Of a DNA stretch of 64,000 nt, positions 19,065-28,310 are shown piece by piece. The position numbers and the translations under genes were made by a program. Position 1 is the stretch's first letter. Every line of letters begins with the position of its first letter. The notes below the pieces were generated by a model, which saw only the letters and a list, made by a program, of their open reading frames with translations, was not told the origin of the DNA and searched no databases. This stretch comes from an uncultured Actinomycetes bacterium (GTDB taxonomy: Bacteria; Actinomycetota; Actinomycetes; S36-B12; UBA10799). The stretch spans positions 28,840 through 92,839 of the forward strand of contig CAVVYM010000003.1 in the NCBI GenBank assembly GCA_963752505.1, given 5' to 3'.

Positions 19065-19832
19065 TTAGCGGGTGCTCCTGGTTGTGCTCCCGCTTGCCGA
19101 AGCTCCTTCGATCATCGCCGGCTCCTCGCCGACGGTGTGAAGCATCGCCATGACGCGGGCCAGACCACGGCGGGTCTGCGGATCCCGTATGGACTTCACT
19201 AGGGCGAACAGCGATGGCGCTTCGGCATCGGACTCTTCGGCCTGCATCGTCACGGCGGTACGGCGTACCAGCCCCATGACCTCCGGCTGCGTCATCTCCT
19301 TGACCGCATTGAGGATGGTCACCACGTTGTCGCCGAGCGCCTGGACGTCCTCTTCGGTGAACTCGGTGACAATCTTGTCGGCGATGGCTGCACCCTGCTG
19401 GGCGAACATGAAGTAGCCCTTGTCCTCTGCCGTCTGCAAGACCTCGGTGAGTTTGGCGACGCCGGCACCGCTGAGCGAACTCGCAGTTTGCAGCAACTCG
19501 GTGAGTGAATCCAACTGCGAGAGCATCGCCTCGAGCTGGGGCAGCGACCGCACCAGGGTGCGGGCGAATCGGGTGACATCCTCGATCGAGACGTCCTCCC
19601 CGAGTTCGGTGAGTTCGCGGGTGGCCACGTCCATGAATCCGCGGGTGACGGGCACCATGGTCTCGACCAACTCCGACCACTGCTCACGGGCAGCAGCCTG
19701 CTGCTGCATCTGGCCGATCATCCAGTCCATCTGGGCACTGAGTCGGTCCAACTGTGCTTGCAGGGCAACTGGATCAGGGGCGGGAGTGGTCGCCGAGTCG
19801 ACCACCTCTGCTACCTCTACGACGTCGGTCAT
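19065..19832 (-). CDS. DUF1641 domain-containing protein
   Basis: The start was reset to ATG at 19832, which overlaps the upstream stop (ATGA). 255 aa, helical and acidic. Adjacency to an SQR/NDH-2-type flavoprotein is typical for DUF1641 (memory). Confidence 0.6.
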   Translation of the reverse strand: MTDVVEVAEVVDSATTPAPDPVALQAQLDRLSAQMDWMIGQMQQQAAAREQWSELVETMVPVTRGFMDVATRELTELGEDVSIEDVTRFARTLVRSLPQLEAMLSQLDSLTELLQTASSLSGAGVAKLTEVLQTAEDKGYFMFAQQGAAIADKIVTEFTEEDVQALGDNVVTILNAVKEMTQPEVMGLVRRTAVTMQAEESDAEAPSLFALVKSIRDPQTRRGLARVMAMLHTVGEEPAMIEGASASGSTTRSTR

Positions 19833-21070
19833 GAGAGGTCCGCCGTCTCCTTGCCAGCCATCGACATCAGCGCCGGCAGTGGCAATTCCTTGCCCGGCAG
19901 CAGGATGTTCCAGTACATCCACCGGAACATCACCTTGCCCCAGTGGTTCATCTCCGTCTCCTTCAGCAGGGAGAACGGCCCGATGCCCGGCAGCGGATAC
20001 TTGCCTGGCAACGGCTCAGTCTCGTAGTTGAAGTCGATCAATAGACCCTTGCCGTTCCCGGTCTCGATGAAGCAGTTCGCGTGACCGTCGAACGGCGCCG
20101 TCATCTTGAGGCCGTTGATGTGACGCATGAAGTTCTCGGGGAACAGGTCCATGGCGAAGTGCGCCACGGAGCCCGCCTTAGACGCGGGGATGTTTGATGC
20201 GTCCCCGATCGCGAAGATGTTGTCGTACTGCGTGCTCAGCAGAGTTTCTTTGTCCACCGGGACGTAGTTGAGGTCGTCGCCGAGACCCGATCGCGCAACG
20301 AAGTCCGCACCCATGTTGAGCGGGATCGTGACGAGCAGGTCGAAGGGCACCTCCCGCTCGTCGTAAGAGACGATCTTCTTCGCTTCGTCGTCGACGCTTT
20401 CGATCATGAAGTCCGGCTCGAGCTTGATGTGGCGTGTTTCCAGCATGTCGCCCAGGTACTTTGAGGCCACCGGCTTGGTGAAGGCCCCTTCCAGCGGCGT
20501 CACGTAGGTGATGTCCACCTTGTCGCGCATGCCCTGCTCCGAGAAGAAGGCATCCGCCAGGAAAGTGAACTCCAATGGCGCCACGGGGCACTTGATGGGC
20601 ATGTCGGTGATGTGGATGACGAGCTTGCCGCCCTCCCAGTCCCGCAATTTCTCACCCAGTGCCACAGCGCCCTCATAGGTGTAGAACTCATGGACGGACT
20701 TGCGGAACTCCTCGCCGTCCATGCCCGGGGTTTCCTCAGGGCGCGGCGTGGTGCCGGACGCGATGATCAAGTAGTCGTAGGGAAGCTCGGTGCCGTCGGC
20801 GAGGAGCACTCTGTTCTCCTCGGGCTCCACCTTGTCGACTTCGGCATTGACGAATTCGACCCCGGTGGGGATGAACCGCTCCTTGGGCTTGACGATTTCG
20901 TCCGGCCGGTAGATGCCGAACGGCACGAATAGGTAACCCGGCTGGTAGTAGTGGGTCGTGTCGTGGTCGACGACGGTGATGTTCCATTCGTCGCGCGGCA
21001 GGAGCGGGCGCAGTTTGTTTACAGCCATGGTGCCGGCGGTCCCGGCCCCAAGTACGAGCAACCTCTTCAC
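19829..21070 (-). CDS. sulfide:quinone oxidoreductase-like FAD-dependent oxidoreductase
   Basis: 413 aa with a GTG start after AAGGAG. It has an FAD dinucleotide motif (VLGAGTAGT), redox Cys candidates in MPIKCPVAPLEF and GHANCFIE, and an IGDASN motif. The SQR subtype was not determined. Confidence 0.75.
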   Translation of the reverse strand: MKRLLVLGAGTAGTMAVNKLRPLLPRDEWNITVVDHDTTHYYQPGYLFVPFGIYRPDEIVKPKERFIPTGVEFVNAEVDKVEPEENRVLLADGTELPYDYLIIASGTTPRPEETPGMDGEEFRKSVHEFYTYEGAVALGEKLRDWEGGKLVIHITDMPIKCPVAPLEFTFLADAFFSEQGMRDKVDITYVTPLEGAFTKPVASKYLGDMLETRHIKLEPDFMIESVDDEAKKIVSYDEREVPFDLLVTIPLNMGADFVARSGLGDDLNYVPVDKETLLSTQYDNIFAIGDASNIPASKAGSVAHFAMDLFPENFMRHINGLKMTAPFDGHANCFIETGNGKGLLIDFNYETEPLPGKYPLPGIGPFSLLKETEMNHWGKVMFRWMYWNILLPGKELPLPALMSMAGKETADLS

Positions 21071-21085
21071 GGTTCTCCTTAGTAT

Positions 21086-21832
21086 TCAGGCCCCGACGGA
21101 TGCGGGACGTGGGTTAGGTCGTGATGCAGGATTCGGGGGCGTCTCAGGGGTTCTGGCTGCGGCGATCGCCCGGGCCACCACTGGCAGCGTATCCAGCGCA
21201 TGGCGGCGCTGCACGTCGTTGAGGTGGGTCAGGTTTGGCTGGCTCAGCGTCGATGCATTCGGGTGCGCCTCGCCTGCCGGAGCGATACCGCCGATGAGGA
21301 CCATGCCGATCAACTCGGACCCATCGCGTACGAACGCACGAGCGCACTCGAACCCCAATGGCCCGAGGCGGAACTTCGGGGCGAGGTCGGTGTCGGAAGC
21401 CAACTCCTCCCAGTCGGTGAGGCACGTGGCCAGTGCCCCCTCATGGTCGGCGCCGAGCAGGAGCCCAGGGCAGGGATTCACGATGGGAGTCACCGGTTGG
21501 CCCGACATATCGGTGACGACCATCATGACGTCCAGCAGCCTGGCGGCGACTTCGATGGCAGCGGTGGCGGCCACCGGATCGAGTGTGGGTACGGGCCCGT
21601 GTTCGACGTCGCCGGCTGCGGAGTCAGGGGCACCGGCGGGATCCACTGGTGAAACGAAGTCACGGATTTCGTCGGCCGGGAAGCGCAACTGGCGCCCAAC
21701 CCTGATCGCCGGGAGGCGACCGTCAGCGGCCATCCGGTAGATGGTGGAGCGATCGATGTGCAGGAGTTCCTGCACTTGTCGCACAGTGAGCAGCGGCGGG
21801 CTAACGTCGGCCGTTGACTGCATACATCGCAT
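21086..21832 (-). CDS. transcriptional regulator: excisionase-type HTH plus PocR-like C-terminal sensor domain
   Basis: 248 aa. The N-terminus LLTVRQVQELLHIDRSTIYRMAADGRLPAIRVGRQLRFPADEI matches the HTH_17/excisionase type. The C-terminal ~170 aa resemble the PocR ligand-binding domain (DMSGQPV...NPCPG...TCL...FECARAFVRDGSELIGMVLIGG), with Cys at 121, 137 and 163. Confidence 0.6.
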   Translation of the reverse strand: MRCMQSTADVSPPLLTVRQVQELLHIDRSTIYRMAADGRLPAIRVGRQLRFPADEIRDFVSPVDPAGAPDSAAGDVEHGPVPTLDPVAATAAIEVAARLLDVMMVVTDMSGQPVTPIVNPCPGLLLGADHEGALATCLTDWEELASDTDLAPKFRLGPLGFECARAFVRDGSELIGMVLIGGIAPAGEAHPNASTLSQPNLTHLNDVQRRHALDTLPVVARAIAAARTPETPPNPASRPNPRPASVGA

Positions 21833-21945
21833 CGTATGCCTACTTATGCATCAAATGCAGGGCCGAAAGTCCCACTGAGCGGGAGTCGAATGGCCGAAAG
21901 ATGGTGGGACTAGATACCCCCGGGGGTAGCAGGTAGGCTTCCGCT

Positions 21946-22554
21946 ATGTGCTTCTTGTCTGCCTTGCTGGCGTGGCGCCCCCGGCGTTGGATCGCGGCCC
22001 TGGTTGGCGGTCTACTGAGTTTCGCAGTGTTGGGCCTCAGCACCGCGGTGATCCCGAATCCGGTGTTCGGCCGATCCATCGCCCCCACCGAGTGGGCATT
22101 GGAGGTACTCGTCATCACGAGCGTGCTCAGCGGCCTGTTGTTCGCCAGCTACGTGCGCAACGAGGCGCCGGTGCGGCAAGTGAGCGGCGCGGGGTCGGCG
22201 GGAGCGTTGGCGAAGTCTGACCGCGACAGCCGGCTCGGGGTCGCTGGCGGTGTGCTGGCCTACTTGGCGATCGGCTGCCCAGTGTGCAACAAGGTTGTCC
22301 TCATCGCCCTCGGTTCCACCGGGGCGGTGCAGTTCTTCGCGCCCATTCAGCCCTACATGGGAGCCCTGGGCATCGGTCTCCTGGCGTTCGCCCTGGTGTT
22401 CCGGTTGTCCCGCGAGGCGGCGTGTGCCCTTCCGAAGTCGAAGTCCAAGCCGTCGGCGCCCGCGCCCGATTCACCGGTGGCGGCTATTCAAATGGCGCCG
22501 GATCTCCTGCCCCCACCCGAACCACGTCCGGAAAACCCAACGACCAATCGATGA
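21946..22554 (+). CDS. membrane protein with intramembrane CxxC (GCPVCNK) motif, unknown function
   Basis: 202 aa with 4-5 hydrophobic helices and CPVC in a predicted TM segment. The Pro-rich C-terminal tail overlaps the convergent gene by 71 nt. Confidence 0.55.
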   Translation: MCFLSALLAWRPRRWIAALVGGLLSFAVLGLSTAVIPNPVFGRSIAPTEWALEVLVITSVLSGLLFASYVRNEAPVRQVSGAGSAGALAKSDRDSRLGVAGGVLAYLAIGCPVCNKVVLIALGSTGAVQFFAPIQPYMGALGIGLLAFALVFRLSREAACALPKSKSKPSAPAPDSPVAAIQMAPDLLPPPEPRPENPTTNR

Positions 22555-23104
22555 CAGTGGTCGGTTCCGTGCCGCATTCGCCGGAATCGACCACGGCATC
22601 TACGACAGCGTCGAGTTCCTCCTTGACTATCCAGCCCTCCACCATAGGCACCTGCTCACCCGGCAGTAGCAGCGTGGACGACACCAAAGGCTCGCCGAGT
22701 TCGGCGACGAGGGCCTGCACCACGGGGTGATCCGGGATCCGAATGCCGACCGTCTTCTTCTTCGAGTGGGCAGTACGCCGAGGCACCTCCTTGGTGGCCG
22801 GCAGCACGAAGGTGTAGGGCCCGGGAGTGGAGGCTTTGACCGCGCGGAACATGGCGTTGTCCATGCGCACGAACCGCCCGACTTGCTCGAGATTCGCACA
22901 CACCAAGGTGTAGTGGTGTGAGTCGTCGAGCTTGCGGATCGCGCGGATGCGCTCGATGGCCCCGTGGTTGCCCAGCCGCGCACCGAGCGCGTAGCAGGAG
23001 TCGGTCGGGTAGGCAATCAGCGCCTCGTTGCGCAACAGGGCCACGATCTGGGCGATGAGGCGCGGCTGCGGATTGACCGGGTGCACATCGAAATAGCGGG
23101 CCAT
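22484..23104 (-). CDS. L-threonylcarbamoyladenylate synthase family protein (YrdC/YciO-type, single domain)
   Basis: 206 aa reading IAYPTDSCYALGARLGN..AIERIRAIRKLDDSHHYTLVC...PGPYTFVLPA...VGIRIPDHPV, typical of the YrdC fold. Confidence 0.8.
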   Translation of the reverse strand: MARYFDVHPVNPQPRLIAQIVALLRNEALIAYPTDSCYALGARLGNHGAIERIRAIRKLDDSHHYTLVCANLEQVGRFVRMDNAMFRAVKASTPGPYTFVLPATKEVPRRTAHSKKKTVGIRIPDHPVVQALVAELGEPLVSSTLLLPGEQVPMVEGWIVKEELDAVVDAVVDSGECGTEPTTVIDWSLGFPDVVRVGAGDPAPFE

Positions 23105-23146
23105 GGGGTAAGCCTAGGCGCGGTGCGCCGTTGCGCTTCGCGGCGA

Positions 23147-24025
23147 TCAGGATTCGGGCGCAGTCACGAAGTCGATCAGCTGCTCCACGCGGCCGAGCAG
23201 CGCTGGTTCGAGGTCGGCGTAGGTGTTCACCCGCGCGAGAATGCGCCGCCAGGCGTCACGTTCCTCACCGGTCCAACCAAGCGCCGCCATCACGCCGCGT
23301 TTCCACGGCTGGCCGCGCGGAATCACCGGCCAGGCGTCGATGCCCACCGTGGCAGGCTTCACCGCCGCCCAGATATCGACGTAGGGGTGTCCGGTGACCT
23401 CCACGTGCTCGGCAAACTGCGCTGCAATGCGGTCCGCGATGAGGCTCTCCTTCGAGCCGTCGACGAGATGATCCAGCAACACTCCCACCCGGCGGCCCGG
23501 GCCGGGTGCGAACTGCTCCAGCCGGGCCAGCAGATCATCGGCACCGTGCAATGGTTCGACCACGACCCCTTCCACGCGCAGGTCATGCCCCCACACGCGC
23601 TCCACCAGTTCGGCATCGTGAATTCCCTCGACCCAAATCCGGCTACCGCGGGCGACCTGGGCACGGTGTCCGGTCACACGGACCGAACCGGATGCCGAAC
23701 GCGCTGCCCCCGGTGTCTCGGTCAGGCCCGCGTTCGGCCTGACCAGTGTGACCACCTCGCCCTCTCGCCGAAAGGCCTCCGGGTCCAGTGGGAACAGCCG
23801 TCGGGAACCGTGGCGGTCCTCGAGCACAGCGGCCCAACCGGCAGGCGTCTTCTCCAATCCGACGACGGCGCCGCAGTAGCCGGTGCTCGCGCACTCGACG
23901 ACGAGCCCGGTGGTGGCCGCAACTTCCGGCACGGTGGAGCGCGGCGTCGGCGCTGCCAGCACATCTCGGCCGTATCGATCGAACACGGCGTCAGCCTGCC
24001 ATACGGCTAGGGGCCTGACGAACAC
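23147..24025 (-). CDS. conserved actinobacterial protein (DUF3097-like)
   Basis: 292-aa ORF with high GC3. The family name is from memory of proteins found upstream of dnaK in Actinobacteria. The start codon is uncertain. Confidence 0.45.
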   Translation of the reverse strand: MFVRPLAVWQADAVFDRYGRDVLAAPTPRSTVPEVAATTGLVVECASTGYCGAVVGLEKTPAGWAAVLEDRHGSRRLFPLDPEAFRREGEVVTLVRPNAGLTETPGAARSASGSVRVTGHRAQVARGSRIWVEGIHDAELVERVWGHDLRVEGVVVEPLHGADDLLARLEQFAPGPGRRVGVLLDHLVDGSKESLIADRIAAQFAEHVEVTGHPYVDIWAAVKPATVGIDAWPVIPRGQPWKRGVMAALGWTGEERDAWRRILARVNTYADLEPALLGRVEQLIDFVTAPES

Positions 24026-24115
24026 CCCGGGATGTGGTGCAGATCACGCAAACTCAGCGAAATCTTCCTCATCTGGCGGAATCATCGGCGGATCGGTAGA
24101 GTTGCACTCACAGAC

Positions 24116-24136
24116 CTTGCGTCGTGACGACTCAAC
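24116..24136 (+). promoter_or_regulatory. HAIR-like operator (HspR-associated inverted repeat)
   Basis: CTTGCGT-cgtgacg-ACTCAAC compared with the consensus CTTGAGT-N7-ACTCAAG gives 6/7 in each half. It lies 111 nt upstream of the dnaK ATG, and hspR is encoded in the same operon. Confidence 0.6.
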
Positions 24137-24246
24137 CTTATGGCTTGGTGAGCGTGTCACGGCCCAACGGCTCCGAATCTAAGGCAACAAAGAACTCACA
24201 CACATCGGCTGAACAGTCAGTCGACCATCACAGGAGGAAGTCACAC

Positions 24247-26115
24247 ATGGCACGAGCAGTCGGCATCGACCTCGGAACCACCAACTCCGTCGTCGCCGTC
24301 CTGGAAGGCGGAGACCCGACGGTCATCCCCAACGCCGAAGGTGCGCGCACCACTCCGAGCATCGTGGCGTTCGCGAAGAACGGCGAAGTCCTCGTTGGCG
24401 AGGTAGCCAAGCGGCAAGCCGTCACCAACGTGGACCGCACGATCCGGTCGGTCAAGCGCCACATCGGCACAGACTGGACCGTCGACATCGACGGCAAGAA
24501 GTACACCCCGCAGGAGATCAGCGCCCGCATCCTGGGCAAGTTGAAGTCGGACGCGGAGTCCTACCTCGGCGACAAGGTGACCGACGCGGTCATCACCGTC
24601 CCCGCCTACTTCAGCGACGCGCAACGTCAGGCGACCAAGGAGGCCGGCGAGATTGCGGGCCTCAACGTGCTCCGCATCATCAACGAGCCCACCGCGGCAG
24701 CCCTGGCCTACGGCCTCGACCGTGGCGACAAGGAGGAGACCATCCTGGTGTTCGACCTCGGCGGCGGCACGTTCGACGTCTCGCTGCTTGAGATCGGCGG
24801 CGGCGTGGTCGAAGTCAAAGCCACCAGCGGTGACAACCACCTCGGTGGTGACGACTGGGATCAGCGCATCGTCGACACCTTGGTGAAGAACTTCAAGAAC
24901 GCTCACGGCGTGGACCTGAGCAAGGACAAGATGGCGATGCAGCGCCTGCGCGAGGCGGCGGAGAAAGCCAAAATCGAACTGTCCTCGTCCGCTGCGACGA
25001 CCATCAACCTCCCCTACATCACGGCGAGCGCTGAGGGCCCGCTGCACTTGGACTTCGACCTCTCGCGGGCGCAGTTCGAGCAGATGACCTCTGACCTGCT
25101 CGACCGCACGAAGGCACCTTTCCACTCGGTCATTTCCGACGCCGGCATCGACGTGGCAGACATCGACCACGTGGTGCTCGTAGGTGGCTCCACCCGGATG
25201 CCTGCAGTGAGCAACCTGGTCAAGGAGCTCACTGGCGGTAAGGAGCCGAACAAGGGCGTCAACCCCGACGAGGTTGTGGCCATCGGTGCCAGCCTGCAGG
25301 GTGGCGTACTCAAGGGCGAGGTCAAGGACGTGCTGCTCCTCGACGTCACCCCGCTCAGCTTGGGAATTGAGACCAAAGGCGGCGTCATGACCAAGCTCAT
25401 CGACCGCAACACGACGATCCCCACCAAGCGCAGCGAGACGTTCACCACCGCGGAGGACAACCAGCCCAGCGTGCAGATTCAGGTGTACCAGGGCGAGCGC
25501 GAGATGGCCGTCTACAACAAGAAGCTCGGCACCTTCGAGCTCACGGGCCTGCTTCCCGCCCCCCGCGGCGTGCCGCAGATCGAGGTCACTTTCGACATTG
25601 ACGCCAACGGCATCGTGCACGTGTCGGCCAAGGACCTCGGCACCGGCAAGGAGCAGTCGATGACCATCTCCGGTGGTTCCTCGCTGCCCAAGGATGACAT
25701 CGAGCGCATGATGCGCGAGGCGGAGGAGCACGCCGAGGAGGACCGCGTCCGCCGTGAAGAGGTGGACGTTCGCAACGCCGCCGAGAGTGCGGTCTACGGC
25801 ACCGAGAAGTTCCTCGCCGAAAACGGCGACAAACTTCCCGAGTCCAACCGGGCCGAGGTGTCCGACGTACTCGAAGAACTGAAGTCCGCGCTTGGTGGCA
25901 GCGATGTCGCAGCGATCAAGTCCGCTTCCGAGCGGCTCGCGCAGGTGAGCCAGGCAGCTGGCGCGGCGGTCTACGCAGCCGCCCAGCAGGCCGCTGACTC
26001 CTCCGCTGGAGCGGGCGAGCCCGGCGGCGCAGGCGAGGGCGGCTCGTCGTCCTCCTCCTCCGACGATGACGACGTCGTTGACGCCGAGATCGTGGACGAG
26101 GACGAGCAGAAGTGA
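24247..26115 (+). CDS. dnaK: molecular chaperone DnaK (Hsp70)
   Basis: [18 protein letters not shown]... with full-length Hsp70 motifs ([18 protein letters not shown]). AGGAGG lies upstream of ATG at 24247. The 5' extension of the track ORF was rejected. Confidence 0.97.
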   Translation: MARAVGIDLGTTNSVVAVLEGGDPTVIPNAEGARTTPSIVAFAKNGEVLVGEVAKRQAVTNVDRTIRSVKRHIGTDWTVDIDGKKYTPQEISARILGKLKSDAESYLGDKVTDAVITVPAYFSDAQRQATKEAGEIAGLNVLRIINEPTAAALAYGLDRGDKEETILVFDLGGGTFDVSLLEIGGGVVEVKATSGDNHLGGDDWDQRIVDTLVKNFKNAHGVDLSKDKMAMQRLREAAEKAKIELSSSAATTINLPYITASAEGPLHLDFDLSRAQFEQMTSDLLDRTKAPFHSVISDAGIDVADIDHVVLVGGSTRMPAVSNLVKELTGGKEPNKGVNPDEVVAIGASLQGGVLKGEVKDVLLLDVTPLSLGIETKGGVMTKLIDRNTTIPTKRSETFTTAEDNQPSVQIQVYQGEREMAVYNKKLGTFELTGLLPAPRGVPQIEVTFDIDANGIVHVSAKDLGTGKEQSMTISGGSSLPKDDIERMMREAEEHAEEDRVRREEVDVRNAAESAVYGTEKFLAENGDKLPESNRAEVSDVLEELKSALGGSDVAAIKSASERLAQVSQAAGAAVYAAAQQAADSSAGAGEPGGAGEGGSSSSSSDDDDVVDAEIVDEDEQK

Positions 26116-26699
26116 CCTCCGACCAGCACCCCGAGCACGGGGCATACCCCGAAGACGAAGGCGTGCGGGTCACCGATCGGCGCCGGATCGACCCCCAGAC
26201 GGGGGCGGTCCGGCAGCCGCCGGTCGGCTCACCGGACCCGGTATCGGCAGATCCAGCCGACACCGCGGCGGCCACCACGGCTGACGAATCGGCTGAGCAG
26301 GTCGCGGAACTCACACAGGACCTCCAGCGTCTCGCCGCCGAGTACAAGAACTACCGCGATCGTGTGCAACGAGAACTGGCCGAAGCCCAGTTGCGTGGCC
26401 GCGCTGACGTGGTCAACGAGTTGATCGCCACGTTGGACGATCTCGACCGTGCCGCTGAGCACGGTGAGCTGCAAGGCCCGGTGAAGGCGCTGTCGGACAA
26501 CCTCTTCGCGATGCTGGATCGTCTTGGAGTGGAGCGCTATGGCGCCGAGGGCGAACCTTTCGACCCCACCGTCCACGAAGCCATGACCCACGCCGCCGGC
26601 GAGGACCTCGCTGGCCCCACCGTCACTGCGGTCTATCAACCCGGCTACCGGATGGGCGAGCGGATCATCAGGGCCGCTCGTGTGGCTGTTGCCGAATGA
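26112..26699 (+). CDS. grpE: nucleotide exchange factor GrpE
   Basis: 195 aa with a GTGA overlap with dnaK and a GrpE core ([12 protein letters not shown]...VLKPGYR-like [19 protein letters not shown]). Confidence 0.93.
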   Translation: MTSDQHPEHGAYPEDEGVRVTDRRRIDPQTGAVRQPPVGSPDPVSADPADTAAATTADESAEQVAELTQDLQRLAAEYKNYRDRVQRELAEAQLRGRADVVNELIATLDDLDRAAEHGELQGPVKALSDNLFAMLDRLGVERYGAEGEPFDPTVHEAMTHAAGEDLAGPTVTAVYQPGYRMGERIIRAARVAVAE

Positions 26700-26730
26700 C
26701 GAATGAGATGACTCAGTAAGGAGGGACGCG

Positions 26731-27924
26731 ATGTCGCAGGCGGATTGGCTCGACAAGGACTTCTACAAGATCCTGGGCGTCTCCAAGAGTGCAGATGCGG
26801 CCGAAATCAAGAAGGCCTACCGCAAGTTGGCGCGAGAGCTCCACCCGGACACCAACCCGGACCCCAAAGCTGAGGACCGCTTTAAAGCGGTCAGCGAGGC
26901 GTACGACGTGGTCGGTGACGCCGAGAAGCGCAAGGAGTACGACGAGTTCCGCAAACTCGGTGCCTCCGGCCGATTCGGCTTTCCGGGGGGCGGCGGGGGT
27001 GCCCCGGGCGGCGGTGGTGGAGGAGGGTTCAACACCTCTGATCTCGGTGACATATTCGGTCGCGCGGGATCGGCGGCAGGTGGGTTCTCCGACGTCTTCT
27101 CGGGCCTGTTCAACCGCGGGGGCGGCGCGCAGGGCGGGACGCAGCGCACCCGAGCCCGTCGGGGTCAGGACATCGAGTCGGAGGTGAACATCTCGTTCAC
27201 CGAGGCGCTCGACGGCGTGACGCTACCTTTGCGGTTGGCTACCGAAGGCGCTTGTGGCACCTGCCACGGCACCGGGGCGCGGGCGGGTAGCACTCCGCGT
27301 GTGTGCCCCACGTGTGAAGGAACCGGACAGCGCGCCCAGAACCTCGGTGGATTCGCATTCGCGGAGCCGTGCGACGAGTGCCTCGGCCGCGGCCTGGTCG
27401 TCGACGACCCGTGCCCCACGTGCTACGGATCGGGGCGCGCTCAGAGCTCTCGGACGGTCAACGCCCGCGTGCCGGCCGGAGTCAAGGACGGCCAACGGAT
27501 CAAGTTGAAAGGCAAAGGCGGCCCGGGCGAATCCGGGGGACCCGACGGTGATCTCTACATCGTGGTGCACGTGGACTCCCACCCCGTTTTCGTGCGCAAC
27601 GGCGACAACCTCGAGATCACCGTGCCGGTGACCTTCGACGAAGCTGCACTTGGTGCCAATGTGAAGGTGCCGGTCCTCGGCGGCGGGGCGGTGACCCTGA
27701 AACTGCCCCCCGGCACCGCCAACGGCCGCACCTTCCGGGTGCGCGGCAAGGGCGCCTCCCGTCGGGACGGCACCAAGGGCGACATGCTCGTGAGCGTCAA
27801 GGTGTCGGTGCCGGAGGAAGCTCAACTCAACGACGCCGCTCGTGAGGCGCTGCGCGCCTATCGGGAGGCGACCAACGCGCACGACCCCCGTGCGAACTTG
27901 ATGGCTAGGGCTGGAGGTGGATGA
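26731..27924 (+). CDS. dnaJ: molecular chaperone DnaJ
   Basis: J-domain (DFYKILGV...HPD), a G/F-rich linker and four CxxCxGxG zinc-finger repeats. Confidence 0.95.
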   Translation: MSQADWLDKDFYKILGVSKSADAAEIKKAYRKLARELHPDTNPDPKAEDRFKAVSEAYDVVGDAEKRKEYDEFRKLGASGRFGFPGGGGGAPGGGGGGGFNTSDLGDIFGRAGSAAGGFSDVFSGLFNRGGGAQGGTQRTRARRGQDIESEVNISFTEALDGVTLPLRLATEGACGTCHGTGARAGSTPRVCPTCEGTGQRAQNLGGFAFAEPCDECLGRGLVVDDPCPTCYGSGRAQSSRTVNARVPAGVKDGQRIKLKGKGGPGESGGPDGDLYIVVHVDSHPVFVRNGDNLEITVPVTFDEAALGANVKVPVLGGGAVTLKLPPGTANGRTFRVRGKGASRRDGTKGDMLVSVKVSVPEEAQLNDAAREALRAYREATNAHDPRANLMARAGGG

Positions 27925-28271
27925 TGAGTCAACCGCAGAGCGACATGATCCCGGAGGATGCGCCGGTCTACGTCATTTCAGTGGCCGCTGACCTGGCGGG
28001 CCTGCATCCCCAGACGTTGCGCCAGTACGACCGATTGGGAATCGTGCGGCCCAGCCGCGCCGGCGGCAAGTATCGACTGTATTCAATGCGCGACGTGCGT
28101 CGACTGAGGCAGGTCCAGGACTTGGCTGGTGAGGGCATGAACCTCATCGGTATCAAGCGGGTGTTGGACCTCCAGGAGCGCGTCGCCGAACTCGAATCGC
28201 GACTATCGCACTTCGAAGCCCGAGAATCCTCGACGGCGCTCGTGGTGTGGCACCCCCAGCGGCGCCGCTAG
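27921..28271 (+). CDS. hspR: heat-shock transcriptional repressor HspR (MerR family)
   Basis: 116 aa with an ATGA overlap with dnaJ. It has a MerR-type HTH (YVISVAADLAGLHPQTLRQYDRLGIVRPSR...YRLYSMRDVRRLR) and sits at the end of the dnaK operon. Confidence 0.9.
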   Translation: MMSQPQSDMIPEDAPVYVISVAADLAGLHPQTLRQYDRLGIVRPSRAGGKYRLYSMRDVRRLRQVQDLAGEGMNLIGIKRVLDLQERVAELESRLSHFEARESSTALVVWHPQRRR

Positions 28272-28310
28272 GGTCGCAATAAGGATCGACGACTTTCTGT
28301 AAGGATCACG

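Noticed and set aside
24097-24112. Second HAIR-like element AGAGTTGCACTCAC upstream of dnaK
   Set aside because: Only the inner GAGT/ACTC halves are present, with a 3-nt spacer instead of 7, so it does not fit the HAIR consensus.
24241-26145. 634-aa ORF antisense to dnaK
   Set aside because: The sense strand encodes an unmistakable full-length Hsp70. The antisense product is Arg/Gly/Ala/Val-rich low-complexity sequence. Long stop-free antisense frames are an expected by-product of GC-rich codon bias.
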